Shown here: positions 17,553-25,637 of the stretch, in pieces
How positions within the stretch are numbered: the first letter of the stretch is position 1
How the letters are laid out: every line of letters starts with the position of its first letter
Assembly: GCA_050248115.1 (NCBI GenBank)
Contig: JBFWSZ010000009.1
Span: 142,475 to 206,474, forward strand
DNA length: 64,000 nt
DNA from: Lautropia sp.
Lineage (GTDB): Bacteria; Pseudomonadota; Gammaproteobacteria; Burkholderiales; Burkholderiaceae_E
Direction: 5' to 3'
The notes under the pieces: model-generated
The model's input: the letters and a program-made list of their open reading frames with translations, nothing else
Told to the model about the DNA's origin: nothing
The model's database searches: none
Program-made: the position numbers and the translations under genes

Positions 17553-19496
17553 ATGAGCGTCGATTCCCGAATATGGCAACCGGACGCACTGGCGCTGTCG
17601 GCGTCGGGCGTCGCGGCGCTGATGCGCGCCCTCGGTGTGCAGCGCTACGAGGAGCTGCTGGCCGTCTCGCTCGACGATCCCGCGCGCTACTGGGACGTCG
17701 TGAACCGCTACTGCTCGATCGTCTGGCGCGCTTCGCCCAGCGGATACGTCGACCTGAGTGGCGGACCGGCGTTCCCCCGATGGTTTCCGGATGGCCGGCT
17801 CAACTGGGTCGATTCGGTGACCCGCTGGGCGCGGGAGCCGGCGCTTGCGTCGCGCGCCGCGATCGTGCACGAACGCGAAGACGGCAGCGTGAGGACCATC
17901 GGCTACCCGGAGCTCGCTTCGCTCGTCGCGCAGTTCGCATCGGGACTCGCGAGTCTTGGCATCGCGAGGGGCGATCGCGTCGGCCTGCTGGTCGAACCCG
18001 GCGTGGAGGCGACGGTCTCGCTGCTGGCGCTGGCATCGATGGGCGCCATCGTCGTGCCGCTGTTCAGCGGGTTCGGCGTCGACCCGATCGTCGCCCGCCT
18101 GCGGGCGGCGCAGGCGGGCGCGGTGATCGCGACCACCGGATTTTCGCGCCGCGGGCGGCCGGTGGAGACGGCGCCGATCGTCTCGGAGGCGCTGACCCAT
18201 CTGCCGACCGTTCGGACGGTCGTGTGGAAGCGAGCCGTCGGTGCACCGGAAGCGCCGATGCCGGGACACGATTGGCACGAACTGGTTCGCGCGGGCTCGG
18301 GGCAGCCCTTCGAAGCGCTGAGCATGAGCGCCGACGATCCCTTCATGCTCATCTTCACGTCCGGAACCACCGGAAGCGCGAAGGGCGTCGTGCACACGCA
18401 CGGCGGCTTTCCGCTCAAGATCGCGCACGACGCCGTCGTTCACTTCGACATCCGGCCTGCGGACGTGTTCCTGTGGGCGGTGGACATGGGCTGGATCGCG
18501 GGTCCGCTCGTCGTGTGCTGTACGCTGATGCGCGGCGCCACGCTGGTCTGCTACGACGGCGCGCCCGACCATCCGGACTGGTCGCGGATGGCCACGCTGA
18601 TCGGCCGACACGGGGTGACGCACTTCGGCGCCGCGCCGACCCTCATCCGAGGGATGGCGGCTCATGCGGACGACGCATTGCGTGGCGACGTGAGCAGCGT
18701 GCGCCTGCTGATCACGGCCGGGGAGGGGATCGACCCGGATCACTTCGCGTGGTTCCAGGCCCGCTTCGGCCGGGGCACCCAGCCGGTGATCAACTACACC
18801 GGTGGTACCGAAGTGTCCGGTGCGCTGCTGTCGAGCGTGGTCCTTCGGCCGATCCCGCCGGCCGGCTTCAATACCGTCTCTCCCGGTGTACCGGCCGACG
18901 TCGTGGGCCCCGACGGCGCGTCGGTCGTCGACGCAGTCGGCGAACTCGCCGTGCGAGGTCCATTCGTCGGCATGACGCGGTCGCTCTGGCAGGACGACGA
19001 GCGCTACCTGGACACCTACTGGCGCACCATTCCCGGGCTCTGGATCCACGGCGACCTGGCGATGCGCCGATCCGACGGCGCATTCTTCATGCGAGGGCGA
19101 TCGGACGATACCTTGAAGGTGGCCGGCAAACGGCTCGGCCCCGCGGAGGTGGAAGAGGTGGTGCTCGAGTTGCCGATGGTGGCGGAGGCGGCGGCCATCG
19201 GGGTCGACGACCCGGTCAAGGGGCAGCGCCTCGTCGTCTTCGTCGTTGGTGAGGGCAAGCCTTCTTCCGATGCTGCCGTCGACGACGACATGGTGATGCA
19301 CCATTTGGAGCGGCGACTCGGGCGCCCGTTTCGGCCGAGCCGCGTGCATTGGGTGACGCAGTTGCCGAAGACGAGAAGCGCGAAGATCATGCGACGCCTG
19401 ATCCGAAGCGTCTACGGCGATCTTCCGCTCGGTGACCTGAGTGCCCTCGACAATCCGCCCGCACTCGAGGAGATCAGGCGCGTCGCGCGTCCCTAG
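17553..19496 (+). CDS. Acetyl-/acetoacetyl-/propionyl-CoA-synthetase-like acyl-CoA synthetase (ACS subfamily of ANL enzymes)
   Basis: ATG at 17553 in ORF 17508-19496, ~647 aa. ACS-type N-terminal extension (YWDVVNRY...WFPDGRLNW), then IFTSGTTGSAKGVVHTHGG, DMGWIAGP, GRSDDTLKVAGKRLGPAEVE and PKTRSAKIMRR. Confidence 0.88.
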   Translation: MSVDSRIWQPDALALSASGVAALMRALGVQRYEELLAVSLDDPARYWDVVNRYCSIVWRASPSGYVDLSGGPAFPRWFPDGRLNWVDSVTRWAREPALASRAAIVHEREDGSVRTIGYPELASLVAQFASGLASLGIARGDRVGLLVEPGVEATVSLLALASMGAIVVPLFSGFGVDPIVARLRAAQAGAVIATTGFSRRGRPVETAPIVSEALTHLPTVRTVVWKRAVGAPEAPMPGHDWHELVRAGSGQPFEALSMSADDPFMLIFTSGTTGSAKGVVHTHGGFPLKIAHDAVVHFDIRPADVFLWAVDMGWIAGPLVVCCTLMRGATLVCYDGAPDHPDWSRMATLIGRHGVTHFGAAPTLIRGMAAHADDALRGDVSSVRLLITAGEGIDPDHFAWFQARFGRGTQPVINYTGGTEVSGALLSSVVLRPIPPAGFNTVSPGVPADVVGPDGASVVDAVGELAVRGPFVGMTRSLWQDDERYLDTYWRTIPGLWIHGDLAMRRSDGAFFMRGRSDDTLKVAGKRLGPAEVEEVVLELPMVAEAAAIGVDDPVKGQRLVVFVVGEGKPSSDAAVDDDMVMHHLERRLGRPFRPSRVHWVTQLPKTRSAKIMRRLIRSVYGDLPLGDLSALDNPPALEEIRRVARP

Positions 19497-19671
19497 TAGC
19501 CCGATCGGTCGTGACACGGAGCGGATCGGGCCCATGTTGCACCGCCACAGTCTCGGGGCACGGCGGCTGGCCCGCTGCGGATCGCGTCCCCGCAGTTTCG
19601 GCATGTCGAATCGGCTCGCAAGATGCCGCTGCTAGCATGCTCCTCGCCGTTGCCGCACCGAGGAGTTCGTC

Positions 19672-20838
19672 GTGGCACTTGATTTCTCCTTTTCTCCCGA
19701 GCAGGATGCGTTTCGCGAGCACGTCCGCGCGTTCGCGGCGCGGGAGATCAAGCCCTACGTGCGCGAATGGGACGACGTCGAGCAACTGCCGACGCGCGGC
19801 ATCTATCGCAAGATGGGGGAGGCCGGGCTGCTCGGCATCTCGGCGGCCCGGGAGATCGGCGGCCAGGGCAGGCCTTACGTCGATCTGGGCATCGCGATCG
19901 AGGAGCTCGCCCGGGTCGATACCAGCTGTGCCATCATCTGCTCGGTCAACAATACGATGCCGGCATTGGTTCCTGGCTGGGGTGCGGACACGGTTCGAGC
20001 GGTGTTCCGGGGCGAGAAGATGCTCTCGATCGCGACCTCCGAAGACGACGCCGGATCGGACGTGTCCAACATCCAGACGCGCGCCGAGGTGAAGGACGGT
20101 CAGTTCGTCATCAACGGCAAGAAGATCCACGTCAGCCTGATGCCCGGCGCACACTACATGGGCGTGACGGCGAAGGTGTCCGGGCCCGACGGCAAGGGCA
20201 AGGTCACGTTCATTCGCGTGCCTTCCGATGCGCCCGGCGTCTCCTGCGAGCACATGCCGGAGATGGGCGCGCGCGGTCACCAGCTCGCCATCGTGCACCT
20301 GAAGGACGTGAAGGTGCCGGCCTCCGACGTGCTGGGCGGGGAAGGCGACGGCAAGCGGGTGATGTATGCCCGCTGGGGTGTATCCCGGTGTCTCTCGGCA
20401 CTGAACGGTCTGGGCGCGGCACAGCAGGTGCTCGACGACACGATCGACTTCGTGCGCAGCAAGCGGGTATATGGCCGTCCGATCGGGGTGTACCAGGGGA
20501 TCAGCTTCCCGCTCATCGAGCATTACACGCGCGTCGAGGCCTGCCGTCTGATGGCCTACAAGGGTCTCTGGATGAGCGACGTCGCCGAAAATCCGCAGAA
20601 GCAGGCGGGCATGGCGAAGTGGAACGGCGTCACGACCTCGGTCGACGCCATCGCCGCCTGCCTGCAGATGTACGGTGCGGCAGGCTATCTGAAGGATCTC
20701 GGCGTGGAGCGGCGCCTGCGTGACGTGATGGCGCTGCTCTTCACCGGCGGAACGATCAACATCATGAAGATCATCGTGGTGCAGGAGCTGCTCGGCAAGG
20801 ACTTCGCCGCCTTGCGCACCGGAAGCGGCGCAGGCTAG
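19672..20838 (+). CDS. Acyl-CoA dehydrogenase-fold protein, atypical (no Glu at either canonical catalytic-base position), paralogue A
   Basis: 388 aa, GTG start. ACAD N-, middle- and C-domain pattern (FSPEQDAFREHVRAFAAREI...TSEDDAGSDVSN...GKKIHVSL...). The C-terminal segment reads RDVMALLFTGGTINIMK where MCAD-type enzymes have [17 protein letters not shown]. Confidence 0.85.
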   Translation: MALDFSFSPEQDAFREHVRAFAAREIKPYVREWDDVEQLPTRGIYRKMGEAGLLGISAAREIGGQGRPYVDLGIAIEELARVDTSCAIICSVNNTMPALVPGWGADTVRAVFRGEKMLSIATSEDDAGSDVSNIQTRAEVKDGQFVINGKKIHVSLMPGAHYMGVTAKVSGPDGKGKVTFIRVPSDAPGVSCEHMPEMGARGHQLAIVHLKDVKVPASDVLGGEGDGKRVMYARWGVSRCLSALNGLGAAQQVLDDTIDFVRSKRVYGRPIGVYQGISFPLIEHYTRVEACRLMAYKGLWMSDVAENPQKQAGMAKWNGVTTSVDAIAACLQMYGAAGYLKDLGVERRLRDVMALLFTGGTINIMKIIVVQELLGKDFAALRTGSGAG

Positions 20839-20843
20839 CGGCC

Positions 20844-22187
20844 ATGACACTGTCAGCCCGGATCGCAGCCCATCTCGCGAACCTTCGAATCGACGCGGTG
20901 CCGCCGTCGGCCTTGCTGGCGAGCCGGCGCATCATGCTCGACACGCTGGCGGTGGCGTGGGCAGGATCGGTCGCGCCGGGGATCCCGGCGTTGCGCCGCG
21001 GCATCGCCGCCGGCGACGCGCGCGATGCCACCCTCTGGGGCACGACGTCACGGGCGTCGGTGCTCGATTGCGCGTTCCTGAACAGTGCGGCGGCCGGCGC
21101 GCTCGACTACGATTCGCTGCATCTGCAAGCCGTCGTGCACTCGGACATCGTGCTGCTGCCCGCGATGCTCGCGATCGCCGAACGCGAACGCGTCGAGGGC
21201 CGTCGATTCCTCGCGGTGCTGACCGCGGCAACCGACCTGATGTGTCGCCTCGGGATGTCGACCCGGGCGCACAGTGGATGGTTCTACACCTCGATGCACG
21301 GCGTATTCGCTGCCGCGGCCGGATGTGCGATGCTGCTGGGCCTGAACGAATCGGGGATTCGGGATTCACTCGGCATCGCACTCTTCCAGACCGGCGGCAC
21401 GCAGCAGTCGATGGTGGAGAAGAGCCTGACGAAGCGGCTCATGTCGGCCTTTGCAGCCCGCGGCGGGCTGTTCTCCGCACAGCTCGCCCAATCGGGCGTG
21501 ACTGCCCCGCGCGAGGCGTTCGAAGGACAGTTCGGCTTTTACGCGATGTATGAGCGTGGCGACCCCGCCGTGGTGCTGGCCGGACTCGGCGAGCACTATC
21601 TGGGCACCGGCATCAGCATCAAGCGGTTTCCCAGCTGCGGCTGCAACCATGCGGTGATCGCCGCGACCCTGCAGCTCGTCGACGCCCACGATCTGGCGCC
21701 GTCGGACGTGATCGAGGTCCGGGCAGTGATCTCGCAGTACATGAATCGCCTGGTGGGTGCGCCCTATGCGCCCGGCGACAATCCGCAGGTCGCGGCGCAG
21801 TTCAGCGTCCAGTACTCGGTCGCGAGTGCGGTGCTGCATCGGCGGCTCGGCGTGGCCGAGATCCAGCCCGAGGCGGCACTCGATCCGGCTGCGATTGCGC
21901 TGGCGCGAAAGGTCGAGGTCGTCGTCGACGACGACCGGGCAGGCCAGCTCGCGCCGGCGGAGGTGGAGATACGAACCGCGTCGCGCGGCTGGCTCAAGTG
22001 CAGGGTATCGGAGCTGCCCGGAAGTCCGGGCAGCCCGCTGTCGGATGCGGAGCGGATCGACAAGATCCGCGAATGCATGGGCCTGGGAGAAGAGGCGCTC
22101 GGGCGCGACCGGATCGACGCACTCGTCGGGCGCGTCGACGAGCTGGAGAATCTGAAGGACATGAGCATGCTGTTCAAGGACCTGTGA
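20844..22187 (+). CDS. MmgE/PrpD-family protein (2-methylcitrate dehydratase superfamily)
   Basis: 447 aa. LDTLAVAWAG......LNSAAAGALDYDSLH...HSDIVLLPAMLAIAE... and the overall length are typical of MmgE/PrpD. Starts 5 nt after the ACAD stop. Confidence 0.85.
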   Translation: MTLSARIAAHLANLRIDAVPPSALLASRRIMLDTLAVAWAGSVAPGIPALRRGIAAGDARDATLWGTTSRASVLDCAFLNSAAAGALDYDSLHLQAVVHSDIVLLPAMLAIAERERVEGRRFLAVLTAATDLMCRLGMSTRAHSGWFYTSMHGVFAAAAGCAMLLGLNESGIRDSLGIALFQTGGTQQSMVEKSLTKRLMSAFAARGGLFSAQLAQSGVTAPREAFEGQFGFYAMYERGDPAVVLAGLGEHYLGTGISIKRFPSCGCNHAVIAATLQLVDAHDLAPSDVIEVRAVISQYMNRLVGAPYAPGDNPQVAAQFSVQYSVASAVLHRRLGVAEIQPEAALDPAAIALARKVEVVVDDDRAGQLAPAEVEIRTASRGWLKCRVSELPGSPGSPLSDAERIDKIRECMGLGEEALGRDRIDALVGRVDELENLKDMSMLFKDL

Positions 22188-22192
22188 GCGAG

Positions 22193-22957
22193 ATGGAACC
22201 TCGGATCCTGAAGGGGCGGGTCGTCTGGGTGATCGGCGCATCCGGCGCGATCGGCAGCGTCGTCGCAACCTGCCTGGCGGCCGCCGGCGCGCAGACGGTC
22301 GTGTCGGCCAGATCGCGCGACAAGCTCGTCGAGCTCGCGGCCGGCATACAGACGGCTGGTGATCGCGCGCACGCGAGGCCGCTGGATCTGTGCGATCGCG
22401 CCGACGTGGATGCTGCGGCACGGGAGATCGTGGCGCAGTTCGGGTCGATCGACGGTCTGGTCAATTCCACGTCGCTGTCGATCTTCGGCGATTTCCTCGA
22501 GCTCACGGACGCCCAGTGGCTCCAGGTGCTCGACGCCAAGCTGATGGGCTACGTGCGCAGCATGCGTGCGGTGCTTCCCGTGATGGTGAAGCAGGGAAGC
22601 GGTGCCATCGTCAACATCTCGGGCAGGGGAGGGCGGCAGCCGACGCCGGCGCACCTGCCTGGCGGCAGTGCCAACGCCGCGGTCAACCTGATCGGCAAGG
22701 GCCTGGCGGATATCTACCGCAAGCACGGAATCCGCATCAATACGGTGGCGCCCGGTCCGATCCGGTCGGATCGATTCGCCAAGATCAGCGCGACCAACGC
22801 CGTGGTGTCGGGCGGTGTCGCGCCGCGAGCGGATCTGGATTTCGTCGGCGCGCCGGAAGACGTGGCCGATGCGGTGCTCTGGCTGCTATCCGATCGCGCC
22901 CGGCACGTCACCGGCAGCGTGATGCCGGTCGACGGGGGCGGGACCGCCGCGCTATGA
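22193..22957 (+). CDS. Short-chain dehydrogenase/reductase (SDR)
   Basis: ATG at 22193 in ORF 21998-22957: MEPRILKGRVVWVIGASGAIGSVVA (Rossmann TGxxxGxG-type), later NAAVNLIGKGLA and INTVAPGPI. Confidence 0.85.
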   Translation: MEPRILKGRVVWVIGASGAIGSVVATCLAAAGAQTVVSARSRDKLVELAAGIQTAGDRAHARPLDLCDRADVDAAAREIVAQFGSIDGLVNSTSLSIFGDFLELTDAQWLQVLDAKLMGYVRSMRAVLPVMVKQGSGAIVNISGRGGRQPTPAHLPGGSANAAVNLIGKGLADIYRKHGIRINTVAPGPIRSDRFAKISATNAVVSGGVAPRADLDFVGAPEDVADAVLWLLSDRARHVTGSVMPVDGGGTAAL

Positions 22958-24570
22958 ACGCCCTCGGGGCGGGCGACTGCCTGGTCGCCGGTGCCGTCGC
23001 GGGCGCGGTCGAGTTCTGCGATGTCGAGGTGTCGGCGGCGCGAATCGATCCGATGACCGGGATCCTGCATGAACCGGGTCATCCGCTCGACGGGCACTGT
23101 CTCGCCCGGAAGGTGCTGGTCTGCCGAGGCGGCAAGGGCAGCAGCAGCGGTTCCTACGTACTGCTCAATCTTGCGCGGCGAGGGCTCGCGCCGACCGCCA
23201 TCCTCGTTGCGCAGGCCGACGCCGTGCTGGTCGCGGGCGCCGTGCTCGGCGACATCGCGCTGGTCGGCAATGTCGACCTGTCCCGCTTTCATCAGGGCCA
23301 GGTCCTGGATGTCGGTGTGGTCGCGGCTGACGATGCGCCGGGATTGATCCTCGAGCCCGCGCAGGCAGCGGCCCTTTCCGGTCGTCTCGGACGCGCCAAT
23401 CGACTCGCGATGCGGATGCTGGTCGCCGTGTGTCGCGCCTGCGGCGCCGACGCACTGATCCCCGTGGCCTCGGCGCACGTCGGGCTGTCGCTGTCGTCGA
23501 TGGGGGCGGCGGGCGTCGAATTCCTGGAGTCGCTTGCGGCCGAGGGGGTTCGCTTCTCGGTACCCACCACCACCAACGTGCTGTCCTTCGAGCGTACCGA
23601 CCGCGGCTCCGACGCCGCGTCGTTGCAGCACCGCGCGCTCGATGCGCTCGTCGCGATGGGTGCCAGCGCGAACTGCTCGTGCAATCCGTTCGCCCAGGGT
23701 CACGTTCCCCGGGCGGGAGAGGCGGTGGCCTGGAGCGAGTCCGCTACTGCGCCCTATGTCAACGGCGTGCTGGGCGCACGCACCAATCGCGAGGGGGCGA
23801 CGGCACTCGCCTCGGCCATCACCGGTGTGACGCCGCGCTACGGCATGCATCTGACTCGGGGCCGCGCCGCGGGTACACGGTATCGGCTCTCGGCAGGAGC
23901 CGTCTCGCGAGAGCAGTTGCACCTGCTGGGCGTCATCATCGGCCGCGACGCGGGCCCGGGCGTGCCGACGCTGGATGGGCTCGATCCCGCGATACCCCGC
24001 GACTGGCTCTTCGGCTTCAGTGCGTCGCTGGCGACCTACTCGACGGCGGCGATGTTCCACGCCGTGGGCATCACGCCAGAGGCACCGAGTCTCGCCGCAC
24101 TCTATCCCGACGGCGTCCCGGATGCGATCGACATCGGAGAAGCCGACTTCGCATCGGCGCAGCTACGCTGGGCGCCCGACGGTTCGGTGCCGGACTTCGT
24201 CGTCCTCGGTTGCCCGCACGCGACTCGCGAGCGCATCGAAGAGATCCGACGACTCCTGGAAGGCGTGCGGGTTCGCCCCGAGACGACGTTCTTCCTCCAC
24301 ACGCACGCCGAGGCGAAGGAGGCGGCGCGTCGTTCGGGCGATCTCGAGGTGCTGGAGGCCGCGGGCGTACGGGTCACTGCAGATACCTGCATGTACGTGT
24401 CGCTTGCGCGATTCCCGAACGGCGCCACCGTGATGACCGATTCGGCCAAGATGGCGTTCCTGCTGTCGACCCGCGGGCTTCGCCCCGCGCTTGCCGGCGT
24501 CCAGGCCTGCGTGCGCGCGGCCAGCCTGGGCCCGCGCCCGGGCATCGGGGCCGATCCCCTGCCAGCCTGA
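22954..24570 (+). CDS. Single-chain aconitase X (AcnX): DUF126 swivel-like domain fused N-terminally to a DUF521 catalytic-like domain
   Basis: ATG at 22954 (ATGA overlap with the SDR stop) in ORF 22390-24570, 538 aa. The N-terminal ~130 aa carry KVLVCRGGKGSSSGSYVLLNLARRGLAPTAILVAQADAVLVAGAVLGDIALV (DUF126-like). The rest carries LIPVASAHVGLS...GVEFLESL...VPTTTNV...APYVNGVLGARTNREG...VLGCPHAT...DTCMYV (DUF521-like). Confidence 0.8.
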   Translation: MNALGAGDCLVAGAVAGAVEFCDVEVSAARIDPMTGILHEPGHPLDGHCLARKVLVCRGGKGSSSGSYVLLNLARRGLAPTAILVAQADAVLVAGAVLGDIALVGNVDLSRFHQGQVLDVGVVAADDAPGLILEPAQAAALSGRLGRANRLAMRMLVAVCRACGADALIPVASAHVGLSLSSMGAAGVEFLESLAAEGVRFSVPTTTNVLSFERTDRGSDAASLQHRALDALVAMGASANCSCNPFAQGHVPRAGEAVAWSESATAPYVNGVLGARTNREGATALASAITGVTPRYGMHLTRGRAAGTRYRLSAGAVSREQLHLLGVIIGRDAGPGVPTLDGLDPAIPRDWLFGFSASLATYSTAAMFHAVGITPEAPSLAALYPDGVPDAIDIGEADFASAQLRWAPDGSVPDFVVLGCPHATRERIEEIRRLLEGVRVRPETTFFLHTHAEAKEAARRSGDLEVLEAAGVRVTADTCMYVSLARFPNGATVMTDSAKMAFLLSTRGLRPALAGVQACVRAASLGPRPGIGADPLPA

Positions 24571-24635
24571 CACCGCACGCGGTGCGCGATGCCCGGGTGG
24601 GAATGCCGGGCCTCGCTGGCGGGAGCCACGTCCTC

Positions 24636-25637
24636 CTATTGGAGCTTGATGTCGGCGGTCTTGATGACGTCTGCCCACTTCTTGATTTCGGACTCGACGA
24701 AGGCGCCGAACTCGGTGCTCGAACTGGCGACCACGTTTACCCCCCACCCCTTCAGCTTCTCGTTGACTTCGGGCTTGTTGATCACCTTCACGAAGGCGGC
24801 GTTCAGGCGGTCGAGCACCGGCTTCGGCATGCCGGCGGGCCCGAAGATGCCGTGCCACGAGCCGGCGACGTAGCCCGGTACGGTTTCGCCGATGCTCGGC
24901 ACGTCCGGCAGGAGTGGCGAGCGCTTCGGGCTCGTGATGCCCAGTACCTTGGCCTTTCCGTTCTTGATCAGTGGCAACGCGGCCGGGGTGTTCAGGAAGA
25001 TGAAGGAAATCTGCCCGCCGACGAGATCGATGATGCCGGGTGCGTCACCCCGATAGGGAACGTGCGTCATGCGGATGCCCGCCATGTGGGCGAACAACTC
25101 GGTCGCGAGCTGATTCGACGAACCGGGTCCCCCGGATCCGAAATTGAGCTTGCCGGGATTGGCTTTCGCGTAGGCGACGAGTTCGGGGATCGTGTTCGGC
25201 GGGAAGGCCTTGTTTGCGGTGACCGCCATCGGCACGGTTCCGATCAGCGTGATGAAGGTGAAGTCCTTCACCGGATCGTATGGCACGTTGGGGTTCAGCG
25301 AATTGTTGATCGCGTGCCCGGAGGGCGCGAGCAGGATCGTGTACCCGTCCGGCTCCGATCTCGCGACGTAGTCGGTGCCGATCATGCCGTTGGAGCCGAC
25401 CCTGTTCTCGACGACGACGGGTTGCCCGAGTTCCGGGGTGAGGTGCTGTGCGAGCAGTCGTGCGATCACGTCCGAGGTGCCGCCGGCCGAAAAGGCCGCG
25501 ATCAGTCGGACGGGTTTGGTCGGATAGGACTGCGCATGCGACAACGAGGCGGCCGTGGCCAGTGCGGCAACGACCAAGCCCCTGGCAAATGCGCCTATTC
25601 CAGCTTTGCACCTGATTCCTTGACGGCCTTGGACCAT
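24636..25637 (-). CDS. Bug-family TTT substrate-binding protein
   Basis: ORF 24636-25817. The mature part reads SYPTKPVRLIAAFSAGGTSD...VENRVGSNG...DGYTILL...FGSGGPGSSNQL...HVPYRGDA. The start is uncertain. The ATG at 25637 overlaps the upstream Bug gene by 43 nt; TTG at 25577 is an alternative. Confidence 0.8.
   Translation of the reverse strand: MVQGRQGIRCKAGIGAFARGLVVAALATAASLSHAQSYPTKPVRLIAAFSAGGTSDVIARLLAQHLTPELGQPVVVENRVGSNGMIGTDYVARSEPDGYTILLAPSGHAINNSLNPNVPYDPVKDFTFITLIGTVPMAVTANKAFPPNTIPELVAYAKANPGKLNFGSGGPGSSNQLATELFAHMAGIRMTHVPYRGDAPGIIDLVGGQISFIFLNTPAALPLIKNGKAKVLGITSPKRSPLLPDVPSIGETVPGYVAGSWHGIFGPAGMPKPVLDRLNAAFVKVINKPEVNEKLKGWGVNVVASSSTEFGAFVESEIKKWADVIKTADIKLQ

Noticed and set aside
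19575-19595. CTGCGG-N9-CCGCAG hairpin followed by TTT after the ACS-like gene, and GCCCGATC...GATCGGGC at about 19499-19531, as terminators
   Set aside because: The stems are 6-8 bp with poor loop geometry and at most three U residues. This is too weak to call a terminator. The 175-nt gap may just hold an internal promoter.
17529-19604. 691-aa ORF antisense to the ACS-like ligase (and 17573-19252 plus, 559 aa, out of frame)
   Set aside because: Same reasoning. The ligase frame carries all ANL motifs. The others are Arg/Gly/Pro-rich with no recognisable domain.
22390-22953. N-terminal extensions implied by the longest-ORF calls (for example 22390-24570, 30695-32536, 30847-33057, 37300-38820, 38160-39845, 40064-42271, 56607-59747, 61579-62967, 62133-63725)
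   Set aside because: The upstream parts run through the preceding gene in another frame and translate to low-complexity sequence. Family homology begins at internal ATG/GTG/TTG codons that form 1-, 4- or 8-nt overlaps with the upstream stop, so I used those starts.
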